Below, piece by piece: positions 49,333 to 58,008 of a stretch of 64,000 nt of DNA. Source of the stretch: an uncultured Acidobacteriota bacterium (GTDB lineage Bacteria; Acidobacteriota; Vicinamibacteria; Vicinamibacterales; SCN-69-37); contig CAVRVJ010000003.1 in the NCBI GenBank assembly GCA_963724645.1, forward strand, positions 1,283,103 through 1,347,102, given 5' to 3'. A program made the translations under genes and the position numbers. The notes beneath the pieces were generated by a model. The model was not told where the DNA came from. It did not search any database and worked only from the letters and a program-made list of their open reading frames with translations. Each line of letters opens with the position of its first letter. Within the stretch, counting starts at the first letter, position 1.

Positions 49333-49380
49333 CAATCTTGACGCCAAGATTCTTCGTCACTTCGATCACAAGACGATCTT
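49333..49380. promoter_or_regulatory. pair of palindromes sharing a CAAGA/TCTTG half-site, immediately upstream of the activator gene
   Basis: The first is AATCTTG-acgc-CAAGATT (49333-49350). The second is CAAGA-cga-TCTTG (49368-49380). They lie 17-64 nt from the ATG at 49316. They could be operators or 5'-UTR hairpins. Confidence 0.3.
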
Positions 49381-49888
49381 GGGCTGCGGCTGGCCGGTCT
49401 GGGGTGCCGGGCTACTCGCCCAATTCCGAACGGGACCCTGGTAGTAGGGACATAAGGCACACCCCCTACATACAGTGGCTACTGTAAGACTTTATGGAGC
49501 AACGCAGTCAGATTTCCAGGGCAATTCCATGTCAGGTCAACTGCCGATTGGTGATCTTACACCCAGGCCACGAGGCGGGCAATCTCCAGTTGCGGAAATA
49601 CTCCCCTGCAATGACCACATACGGTGACCGCTCTCGGATGGTTGAATGAAACAGGGCGGCTGACACATTAAATGGCCCGGAAGCGCCGCCAGTCGCGCAC
49701 ATATTGGAGGCTCGATTCTTGCCCTCAGTACCTCAGCCGTGCGACTCGAGGAGAACGCCATTCATCCGTCGCACGACGGCGGCATCGACGCTCCGACGTG
49801 CTGTTGCCCGGACTCGACTTGTGCGGCCCACCCGAATGCTTGGCGTCGGCGCTGAGATGACGATCGGGACTTTTCACGGAGGGCGCAA

Positions 49889-49903
49889 CTGGCGATCCGC
49901 ATG
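49889..49903 (+). promoter_or_regulatory. sigma-54 promoter candidate upstream of STAS-like gene A
   Basis: Sequence is cTGGCGatccgcaTGCg. The GG-N10-GC spacing is exact, and the -12 element is ATGC rather than TTGC. It lies ~50 nt upstream of the GTG at 49954. Confidence 0.35.
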
Positions 49904-49953
49904 CGGGAGTGCGAATCGGGCTCGCGTCAGGTTCTGCTCCAGGGAGGCCTGCT

Positions 49954-50226
49954 GTGGATTGCTGGATTGGTGTCGTGCATCAAGGCGGTCGACGCGTCGT
50001 GCGCCTCGCTGGCCGGTTGACCGCCGCCCAGGTCCCGGAGCTGCTCATGCTGTGCGCCGAGGGCGGTCCTCTGGAGCTCAATCTCACCGACCTTTTGTCT
50101 GGCGACCAGGCAGGCATCGAGGCACTCCAACGCCTGCGCGACAAGGGCGCGACGCTGGTGGGGACACCGGGGTACATCGATTTGAAGCTCAAGGCGCCGC
50201 CCGCCGGATGCAACGGCAACCGGTAG
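49954..50226 (+). CDS. STAS-like mini-protein, paralogue A (90 aa)
   Basis: The GTG start is preceded by GGGAGG at 6-nt spacing. The sequence is MDCWIGVVHQGGRRVVRLAGRLTAAQVPELL...LELNLTDLLSGDQAGIEALQRLRDKGATLVGTP. It follows the anti-sigma-antagonist (STAS) core pattern. An alternative start is at 49909. Confidence 0.6.
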   Translation: MDCWIGVVHQGGRRVVRLAGRLTAAQVPELLMLCAEGGPLELNLTDLLSGDQAGIEALQRLRDKGATLVGTPGYIDLKLKAPPAGCNGNR

Positions 50227-50492
50227 CCACGAGGTGTCAGTAGGTCCCGCCTCGCACTGCCACGAAGCGGCGACAGCCTGCGTCTCGTGAACACGAACCC
50301 GCGCAGTTCTCGGTCGACGGCGGGCTCGTCGCCAATCGACGAAGATCTGCAGTCGTGGTCCCGGTTGGCTGGTTCGTTTGAGCGCGGCAAGTTGTTCGTC
50401 TCGTCAGGGGTTTACGTTCAAAATGGTTGAGACCAGATCACGGGAGATGGTGAACTCGAGGCCAGTAATGCCCGTTCGCCCTCTGTGCGTCC

Positions 50493-50507
50493 ATGGCGTC
50501 ACTCTTG
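50493..50507 (+). promoter_or_regulatory. sigma-54 promoter candidate upstream of STAS-like gene B
   Basis: aTGGCGtcactcTTGCg is an exact TGGC-N7-TTGC match. However, it is only ~18 nt from the GTG at 50525, so the transcript would be nearly leaderless, or the match lies inside a longer ORF starting at 50468. Confidence 0.45.
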
Positions 50508-50524
50508 CGTTACGGAAACCGAAC

Positions 50525-50839
50525 GTGGATTGCTGGATTGGCATCACCGACAAAACCGGCCGACGCGTCGTGCGCCTGGCGGGCCGGCTGACTGCTGAGC
50601 AGGTTCCGGACCTGCTTGCGGCATGTGTCGACGCCGGATCGCTTGAGCTCGATCTCACGGATCTCGTGTCGGCGGACGTTGTCGGAATCGACGCGCTTCA
50701 GCGCCTGCCTGACAAAGGTGTAAGGCTGGTGGGAACACCCAGGTACATCCAATTGAAGCTCGACTCGCGGGCGGCCGGTCCAATCGGTGCGCGTCGCCCG
50801 CAGACCAGGCACTCCCGACCGCCTCACGGCATGTTGTGA
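50525..50839 (+). CDS. STAS-like mini-protein, paralogue B (104 aa)
   Basis: MDCWIGITDKTGRRVVRLAGRLTAEQVPDLL...LELDLTDLVSADVVGIDALQRLPDKGVRLVGTP. By hand count, 55 of the first 79 residues are identical to paralogue A. An alternative ATG start is at 50468. Confidence 0.6.
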   Translation: MDCWIGITDKTGRRVVRLAGRLTAEQVPDLLAACVDAGSLELDLTDLVSADVVGIDALQRLPDKGVRLVGTPRYIQLKLDSRAAGPIGARRPQTRHSRPPHGML

Positions 50840-50922
50840 ACAGGTCGAAATGCGGTTGTAACCGGGGAGACTTCTGAGCGCGTCCGGACTATTCACAAAG
50901 ACGAAATCACAAGGAGAGACAC

Positions 50923-51474
50923 ATGAAAGCACTCAACACGATGGCTCTGGCCGGTTCGGTCCTGCTGCTGACAGGCGGCGCCGCCACCGCACAGACCAAG
51001 ACGATCGAGGGCGACTCCGTGACGGCAACCGCCACCATCGAGGCGATTGAAAAGAGCAGCCGGACGCTGACCATCAAGGACGAGAAGGGCAACTACGAGG
51101 TGATGGAGGTTCCAGCCTCGGTCACTCGGTTCGATGCGCTCAAGGTCGGCGACCGCATCACGGCCCGCTACTACGACAACGTCGTGGTTACTCTGAAGAA
51201 ACCCGGCGAAGCGGCCATCAATGTCGACAGGTCAGCCTTGACGCCGACGCCGGGAGAGAAGCCAGGCGGGACCGCGGCGAGGCAGCAAACCCTGACCGTG
51301 ACGATCACCGCCATCGATCCAAACCTGCCGTCCCTCACGGTCAAGGGACCGAATGGATACGTCTACACCCGCAAGATAACGGACAAGAAGGCACTGGCCC
51401 AGGTCAAAGTTGGAGACAAGCTCGACATCACCTGGACCGCTGCTCTACTGGTTTCGGTGGAGCCCGCGAAGTAG
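50923..51474 (+). CDS. secreted protein with two tandem small beta-barrel-like repeats (CusF/DUF1344-like, inference)
   Basis: AGGAGAG lies upstream of the ATG and a signal peptide is present. The two ~60-aa repeats share T.TI.AI....LT.K...G......V......LKVGD.... Confidence 0.6.
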   Translation: MKALNTMALAGSVLLLTGGAATAQTKTIEGDSVTATATIEAIEKSSRTLTIKDEKGNYEVMEVPASVTRFDALKVGDRITARYYDNVVVTLKKPGEAAINVDRSALTPTPGEKPGGTAARQQTLTVTITAIDPNLPSLTVKGPNGYVYTRKITDKKALAQVKVGDKLDITWTAALLVSVEPAK

Positions 51475-51561
51475 TCCGGGCAGGTCCATCGTGCCGGCCG
51501 CCAGGGCGCCCACCCCTGGCGGCCCGGCTGCTAATCTACCTGCACCGCCCGCGCACGCCGA

Positions 51562-52011
51562 TCACATCGCGACCCGAATCTCCGAGTTGTCGTGAGAGTC
51601 CCGCCGCGGTCCGGTCTCTGACAAATGCGCCCAAGGCTGGTCAATGGCGGTCCGCAGCGTATCGGAGGGACGCTCGCCGAACACCACCTTGTACCTTTGG
51701 GCGAACCGTCCCAGTTCAAAGAATCCGTAGCGCGTCGCGACCTCGGTGACGGTCGCGTGCTGCTCGCCGTGCCTGAGCGCCTCATGCGCTCCGTCGAGGC
51801 GCATTCGCAGCATGTAGCGTTTCGGGCTCATGCCGTGCACGTCGTAGAACGCGTTGCGGAGCGTACGCTGGCTCACCCCCATGATCTCGCAGAGCGGTTG
51901 CAGCGCGACGGGCTGGACGATGTGAGCTCTGAAGTATGCTTCGACGCCTTCGACAATCTTGCGCCGGAGCGTGTTTTTCCGCATATCTTGCCTACGACGA
52001 CCAGGTGCCAT
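51562..52011 (-). CDS. AraC-family transcriptional regulator, stand-alone HTH domain (MarA/SoxS-sized)
   Basis: Contains LCEIMGVSQRTLRNAFYDVHGMSPKRYMLRMRL and VTEVATRYGFFELGRFAQRYKVVFGERPS, the two AraC HTH units. No sensor domain is present. Confidence 0.8.
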   Translation of the reverse strand: MAPGRRRQDMRKNTLRRKIVEGVEAYFRAHIVQPVALQPLCEIMGVSQRTLRNAFYDVHGMSPKRYMLRMRLDGAHEALRHGEQHATVTEVATRYGFFELGRFAQRYKVVFGERPSDTLRTAIDQPWAHLSETGPRRDSHDNSEIRVAM

Positions 52012-52273
52012 GTCTCTTTGTCTCCGCTGGGCCGTGCCTTCGGTGTCGCCCGGTCACTACCCGTGGCAAGGACCGGACCAGCCGTTCTCGAGCGAACGGC
52101 CGCTAATCCTTCGGGAATCGGGCGGATAATGAGGTCGGGTCAGGGGGCTCACAAAATACGGTGAGAACCATGCCGCGGTGTGGTGACGGCGAGGCGTCTG
52201 GCCCTGTCCGCGTGCCGAATCTGCATAGCGGCGTCTCCGCCAGTTATCTAGGCTGCTCATGGGCAGGTGTCTA

Positions 52274-54673
52274 ATGCGTTTCACGTCTTTTCGCTCTCGC
52301 TCGCTGGCCTGGGTTCTGTCGGTGGGCCTCGCCGCGCCGCCAGGAGCGCTTGTCGGCGCGCAAACGCAACCCGCCCCAAGCCCGAAGGCTGCCGCGCCGG
52401 CAAAGACCGCTGCACCGGCAAAGGCTGCTGCGGCACAGACCGGCACACCGCCCGCCGGCACCAGTGCGGACCCGGGCTGGCCGCGCCCCATTTCACTCAA
52501 GTCCGGCACGGTGATCTGGTACCAGCCTCAGATCGAAAGCTGGGTCGACCAGAAGCAAATCGTCGCGTGGTCCGCCGTGTCCTACCAGCCAACGGGTGCG
52601 ACAGCGCCGGCGCTCGGCACGATCAAGATCGAGGGGCCCACGAGCGTGTCGGTCGAGGAGTCCGTCGTACGCATGGACCTTCGCGTCACCGAGTACAACT
52701 TCAAGTCGCTGTCGCCGGATCAGGTGAAGGCGCTCGTCGCTGACGTGCAGGCGCGTCCGCAGAACGAGCGTGTGATCGACCTCAGTCGCGTGCTCGCCTA
52801 TGTATCGACCAGCCCGCTGCAGGTGAAGAACGTCGAGGGCATCAAGGCCGACCCGCCGCACGTGTTCTCGGCGCCCGCGCCCGCAATTCTCGTCAACCTG
52901 GACGGGGATCCAATCTGGAGCCCGATCGAAGGACTCGATCTGCGGTACGCGCTGAACACCAACTGGGACCTGTTCGAGCACGCGCCGAGCAAGATGTTCT
53001 ACCTGCGGTACAACGAGTCGTGGCTGGAGGCCTCCGCCGTGGCCGGGCCGTGGTCGCCCTTGAAGGACAAGCTTCCGGCGAGTTTTTCGAAACTGCCAGG
53101 CGACGCCAACTGGAAGGACGTCAAGGTCGCGGTTCCTGGCAAGAAACTCTCGGGCAAAGCCGTACCGAAAGTCTTCGTGAGCACGGAACCTGCCGAGTTG
53201 ATCGTTCTCCAGGGCGAGCCCAGCTACCTGAAGGTCGCTGGTGCGCCCACGCTCTTGTGGGTCAACAACACGGAAGCCGATCTCTTCCGGATGGGCCTCG
53301 GCGGCGATTTCTACTTCCTCGTGGCCGGGCGCTGGTTCAAAGCCGCCAGCCTCGATGGGCCGTGGACGTTTGCGACGCCCACGTTGCCGGCCGACTTCAA
53401 GCAGATTCCGGTCGAGCATCAGCGCTCGCGTGTCCTGGCATCGGTGCCTGGCACGCCGCAGGCGACTGAAGCCGTGCTGCTCGCGATGATCCCGAGGACC
53501 GCCCGCGTCAACAAGAAAGACCTGAAAGCGCCCGACGTCGCTTACCAGGGTGATCCGCAGTTCAAAGCGATCGAGGGTTCGAAGGGTGTCGAGCAGGCGG
53601 TCAACACCGACAAGGACATCGTCAAGTTCGGCGACCTTTATTACATGTGTTTTCAGGGCGTGTGGTTCATGTCGAAGTCAGCCACAGGTCCGTGGGAAGT
53701 GGCGTCGTCGATCCCGCAGGAGATCTACAGCATCCCCGTCAGCTCCTCGATCAATCACGTCACCAATGTGACCGTGGTGAAGGAAGAGTCGAACGACGAG
53801 TGGGTGACGTTTGCGTACGTCGCGGCCTACACCGGCTTGATGATCGGATGGGGCTGCGCGGTCTGGGGCAGCGGCTGGTACTACCCGCCGTACGGGGGGT
53901 ACTACGGCGGGTATCCGTACTACCACCCGTATGGGCACACGTACGGCATGGGCGCCTGGTACAACCCGCACACCGGCGCCTACGGGCGCGGGTACGCGGC
54001 CTACGGGCCGTACGGCGGCGTGGGGATGGGCGCATCCTACAACCCGCGCACGGGCACGTATGCACGGGGCGCCGCTGCGTACGGTCCGTATGGATCGCGA
54101 TCCGCCGGGCAGGCGTACAACCCGCGCACCGGCACCTACGCGCAAACGCGCCAGGGCTCGAACGTCTATGGCAATTGGGGGACGAGCTCGGTTCAGCGAG
54201 GCGATAGCTGGGCGCAGACCGCCCATCGCGAAAACTATCAAACAGGTCGGACCACGTCGGGCGTCCGAACCAGCGAAGGCGGCGGTGCAGTTCGCACCAG
54301 CGGCGCCGGGGGAAGTTCCACGGTCGCCCGGACGGGCGGCGGCGACATCTACGCAGGCCACGACGGCAATGTGTATCGGCGTAATGACTCTGGCGGGTGG
54401 GAGCAGAACAATGGCTCTGGTGGCTGGAGTCCGGCGGGCGGCGGCAGTGCTGAGCCGCGCCAGGCGGCCCCGGCGGGCGCCGCATCGCGCAGCCCCAACG
54501 GCGGTTCCGTGAATGTCAACGATCTCAATCGGGATAGCACGGCGCGCACCAACGGAAATCAGCGCACGACGAGCCGCAGCAGTTGGGAGGGCAGTGGTTC
54601 CACGCGATCCGGCGCGAGCAGTTATGGCGGGTCGCGCGGCGCCGCACGCTCGGGAGGGGGACGTCGACGTTAG
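52274..54673 (+). CDS. large secreted protein of unknown function with a Tyr/Gly-rich C-terminal region carrying YNP(R/H)TG(T/A)Y repeats
   Basis: Signal peptide MRFTSFRSRSLAWVLSVGLAAPPGALVGAQ, an Ala/Pro linker, a ~480-aa globular region and a hydrophobic segment (FAYVAAYTGLMIGWGCAVWGSGW). A Y/G/R/S-rich tail follows. Three 26-aa (78-nt) repeats begin at 53960, 54038 and 54116. Confidence 0.75.
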   Translation: MRFTSFRSRSLAWVLSVGLAAPPGALVGAQTQPAPSPKAAAPAKTAAPAKAAAAQTGTPPAGTSADPGWPRPISLKSGTVIWYQPQIESWVDQKQIVAWSAVSYQPTGATAPALGTIKIEGPTSVSVEESVVRMDLRVTEYNFKSLSPDQVKALVADVQARPQNERVIDLSRVLAYVSTSPLQVKNVEGIKADPPHVFSAPAPAILVNLDGDPIWSPIEGLDLRYALNTNWDLFEHAPSKMFYLRYNESWLEASAVAGPWSPLKDKLPASFSKLPGDANWKDVKVAVPGKKLSGKAVPKVFVSTEPAELIVLQGEPSYLKVAGAPTLLWVNNTEADLFRMGLGGDFYFLVAGRWFKAASLDGPWTFATPTLPADFKQIPVEHQRSRVLASVPGTPQATEAVLLAMIPRTARVNKKDLKAPDVAYQGDPQFKAIEGSKGVEQAVNTDKDIVKFGDLYYMCFQGVWFMSKSATGPWEVASSIPQEIYSIPVSSSINHVTNVTVVKEESNDEWVTFAYVAAYTGLMIGWGCAVWGSGWYYPPYGGYYGGYPYYHPYGHTYGMGAWYNPHTGAYGRGYAAYGPYGGVGMGASYNPRTGTYARGAAAYGPYGSRSAGQAYNPRTGTYAQTRQGSNVYGNWGTSSVQRGDSWAQTAHRENYQTGRTTSGVRTSEGGGAVRTSGAGGSSTVARTGGGDIYAGHDGNVYRRNDSGGWEQNNGSGGWSPAGGGSAEPRQAAPAGAASRSPNGGSVNVNDLNRDSTARTNGNQRTTSRSSWEGSGSTRSGASSYGGSRGAARSGGGRRR

Positions 54674-54917
54674 ACGTGTCTCGGCGGTTTCCCGCCTACG
54701 CTCCTTGTGGCTCTCGGGTGCTCGTGGTGGCGGAGGGCGCCATTCACTCGTGACGATTCTCGTCGTCGCGGTCCGATCGATCAATATACTCGGCAGCGGC
54801 AGGCGCGACGGGCGAGGCGCTGATCGTTGCTGCGATCCTTGCCTCATCCCATGTGTCATGTTCCGTGGCCTGGTGACGCGATTTGCGCGTCGCGGGGGAC
54901 GCAAGGAATGATCCGAG

Positions 54918-57053
54918 ATGTCACCAACTAGACGTTCATCGGTGTCACGTCGCAAGACAGATACCGGCGCCCGGGCGGGCGCGAGTACGCCGCTCGGCGC
55001 CACGCTCGCGGCGGGCGGCGTCAACTTCAGCGTGTTCTCGAAGCACGCGGAGTACATCGATCTGCTCCTGTTCGACCGCGTTGACGACGCGACACCGGCG
55101 CGCGTGATCCGCCTCGACCCCGTGGCGAACCGCACATATCACTACTGGCACGTTTCTGTTCCGGGCCTCGAGGCCGGGCAGATCTACGGCTATCGCGCCC
55201 ACGGCCGGTTCGAGCCATCGCAGGGTGAGCGATTCGACGGCGGCAAGGTCCTTCTCGATCCGTACGGACGCGCGGTCGTCGTGCCGGACGGGTACAGCCG
55301 CGACGCAGCGAGCAAGAAAGGCGAGAACACGCCCACAGCGATGAAAAGCGTCGTTGTCGATTCGGGCGCGTACAACTGGGAGGGAGACCGGCCCCTGCGC
55401 CGGCCGTCGTCGCAGACACTCGTGTACGAAATGCACGTGCGCGGATTCACCGCGCATCCCAACTCCGGCGTGCCCGAGGCGCTGCGCGGGACCTACGCCG
55501 GCCTGATCGCGAAAATACCGTATCTGCAGGCGCTCGGCGTCACCGCCCTTGAACTCCTGCCCGTCTTCCAGTTCGACGCGCTCGCCTGCCCGCCCGGTCA
55601 CGTGAACTACTGGGGCTACCAGCCGGTGTCATTCTTCGCGCCGCACCAGGCCTACAGCTCGCGCCGCGATCCGCTCGGGCCGGTGGATGAGTTCCGCGAC
55701 ATGGTCAAGGCGCTGCACCGGGCCGGCATCGAGGTGATCCTCGACGTCGTGTTCAACCACACGGCCGAAGGCGACCATCTCGGACCGACAATCTGCTTCC
55801 GCGGCCTTGGGGATCGGGCCTACTACATCCTCCAGGGCGCGCAGGGCCGATACGCGGACTACACGGGGTGCGGCAACACGTTGAACGCGAACCATCCGAT
55901 CGTGCGGCGGCTCATTATCGACAGCCTCCGGTACTGGGTCCAGGAGATGCACGTGGACGGGTTCCGGTTCGATCTTGCATCGATCCTGACGCGCGATCCG
56001 AGTGGTGATCCGCTGCCGAATCCTCCGATCCTCTGGGACATTGAATCCGATCCAGTGCTGGCGGGCACGCAGCTCATCGCTGAGGCGTGGGACGCGGCGG
56101 GACTGTACCAGGTGGGCAGCTTCATCGGCGACGCGTGGAAGGAATGGAACGGCCGCTTCCGCGACGACGTCCGGAGCTTTCTCCGGGGAGAGGACGGGAC
56201 GGTCGGGAAACTTGCCGACCGGCTGCTCGGCAGTCCGGAGGTCTACGGTCACAAGGGGCGCGAGGCCGAGGCCAGCGTCAATTTCGCCACCTGCCACGAC
56301 GGCTTCACGCTGAACGATCTCGTCAGCTACAACGACAAGCACAACGAGGCGAACGGCGAGGGCAACCGCGACGGCGCGGACGACAACCGGAGCTGGAACT
56401 GCGGTGTCGAGGGGCCAACCAGCGATGTGGCCATCGAGACGCTCCGCAATCGTCAGGTGAAGAACTTCCTGACGCTTACCGTGATGTCCCTTGGCGTGCC
56501 GATGATTCTGATGGGCGACGAAGTGCGCCGAACGCAGCGCGGCAACAACAACGCCTACTGCCAGGACGATGAGACGAACTGGTTCGACTGGACGCTCGTC
56601 GAGGCGCACGCCGACGTCCTGCGCTTCGCACAACTGCTCATCGCGCGCCGCCTGCTGCGCGACATCACAGCGGAGGAGCAGCGGGTGAGCCTTGTCGACC
56701 TGATCCACCAGGCGACAATGGCGTGGCACGGGGTCAGGCTGTTGCAGCCCGACTGGAGTCCCTCGTCGCACACCCTGGCGCTTGGCGCAGAGCTGAGCCG
56801 CGCGGGTCTCCAGATGCACCTGATCATGAACGCGTACTGGGAGCCGCTCGATTTCGAGCTGCCACCGCTCGATGGCGATGAAACGTGGCGCAGGTGGATC
56901 GATACCTCCCTCGACTCGCCGAACGACATCGTGCCCTGGCAGGAGGCGCCGGCGCACGCGCGTCATACGTACCGCGCCGGCCCGCGTTCGGTCGTTCTCC
57001 TGTGGGCGCCGATGGCACCGGGAGGACCGGGTTCACTTGCCGAATCTACATAA
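54918..57053 (+). CDS. glgX: glycogen debranching enzyme (isoamylase-type, GH13)
   Basis: 711 aa. Contains GVNFSVFS, YEMHVRGFT, VILDVVFNHT, GFRFDLA, EAWD and FATCHDGFTLNDLVSY. Confidence 0.95.
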   Translation: MSPTRRSSVSRRKTDTGARAGASTPLGATLAAGGVNFSVFSKHAEYIDLLLFDRVDDATPARVIRLDPVANRTYHYWHVSVPGLEAGQIYGYRAHGRFEPSQGERFDGGKVLLDPYGRAVVVPDGYSRDAASKKGENTPTAMKSVVVDSGAYNWEGDRPLRRPSSQTLVYEMHVRGFTAHPNSGVPEALRGTYAGLIAKIPYLQALGVTALELLPVFQFDALACPPGHVNYWGYQPVSFFAPHQAYSSRRDPLGPVDEFRDMVKALHRAGIEVILDVVFNHTAEGDHLGPTICFRGLGDRAYYILQGAQGRYADYTGCGNTLNANHPIVRRLIIDSLRYWVQEMHVDGFRFDLASILTRDPSGDPLPNPPILWDIESDPVLAGTQLIAEAWDAAGLYQVGSFIGDAWKEWNGRFRDDVRSFLRGEDGTVGKLADRLLGSPEVYGHKGREAEASVNFATCHDGFTLNDLVSYNDKHNEANGEGNRDGADDNRSWNCGVEGPTSDVAIETLRNRQVKNFLTLTVMSLGVPMILMGDEVRRTQRGNNNAYCQDDETNWFDWTLVEAHADVLRFAQLLIARRLLRDITAEEQRVSLVDLIHQATMAWHGVRLLQPDWSPSSHTLALGAELSRAGLQMHLIMNAYWEPLDFELPPLDGDETWRRWIDTSLDSPNDIVPWQEAPAHARHTYRAGPRSVVLLWAPMAPGGPGSLAEST

Positions 57054-57985
57054 TCGTCCCGTCCGGGCTGTTCCGGCGAGCCACCTCGCGAGTGCGGTGA
57101 TCTTCCTTTTCGTCGCTGTCAGCCCGGTCGCGGCTCAGGACCTCGAGCCCAAGGCGTACGTCGCCAGTCCCGTCGGCGCGACGTTTCTGGTCGCGGTTCT
57201 TTCGCGATCTTCGGGGTCCGTGCTGACGGACCCGACGCTGCCAATCTCCGACGTCGAAGCCAAAATGCCGATTGCCACGGCCGCGCTGGGACACACGTTT
57301 GGTCTGTTCGGGAAGCTCGCGCTGGTGTCAGGTGCGGTGCCCTATGCCTGGGCCGAAGTCACCGGCAACGTACGCGAGGAGGCCGGTTCGGTGTCGCGTA
57401 CCGGACTGGCCGACGCGCGTCTCAAGCTGTCGGTCAATCTCCACGGGAATCCTGCGATGCGGCCGCGCGAGTTCGCGCGGGCGCCGCGCAGGACCATCGT
57501 GGGTGCCAGCCTCACCACGATCGCACCAACCGGCCAGTACAGACGGCGCCAGGCTGATCAATCTCGGGACACACCGCTGGGCCTTCAAGCCGGAAGTCGG
57601 AGTATCGGTCCCGAGGGGTCGGTGGGATCTCGACTCGTACCTTGGCGTCTGGCTGTTCTCGCACAACGGGGATTACTACCCCGGCGGCTCGACGCGTGCG
57701 CAAGACGGCATGGTGGCGTTCCAGGCGCACGGCAGCTACTCGTTCCGCCCCCAGCTTTGGCTGGCTCTGGACGGCACCTGGTATGCCGGCGGCGCAGCAC
57801 GGGTGAACGGAGGCGAGCCTGGAAGACGCTTGAACAACTCCCGGCTGGGCGTCACCTTTTCCATCCCAGCCTGGCGCCAGCAGTCGTTCAAGATCGCGTA
57901 CAGCGCAGGCGCCATCGTCCGGACGGGGACCGACTTCAGGACGTTCAGCGTCGCGTGGCAGTGGCTCTGGCTGACGAGGTCGTAA
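57037..57985 (+). pseudogene. outer-membrane transporter-like beta-barrel (MetA-pathway/phenol-degradation-like family), one frame break near 57541
   Basis: The TTG start overlaps the glgX end, with GGGAGG upstream and a signal ...VAVSPVAAQD. Frame 1 gives ...IAPTGQY, then frame 2 gives DGARLINLGTHRWAFKPEVG...FSVAWQWLW. One extra A separates the frames. It is part of the listed chimeric ORF 56872..59268. Confidence 0.7.
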
Positions 57986-58008
57986 CAGTCGTGACAGTCG
58001 TGCCGAGC

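Noticed and set aside
49525-49545. GTCAGGTC string reminiscent of the SRP (4.5S) RNA conserved domain.
   Set aside because: The rest of the conserved domain IV (the GGAA tetraloop context and the AGCA loop) is absent, so the match is too short to mean anything.
49700-49722. TGG...TTGC pair (ttggaggctcgattcttgcc) considered as a sigma-54 promoter.
   Set aside because: The spacing between the TGG and TTGC elements is 3 nt too long.
54674-54917. Intergenic region before glgX checked for a small ORF or structured RNA on either strand.
   Set aside because: The candidate frames lack start codons or look non-protein-like, and I could see no convincing stem-loop or motif by eye.
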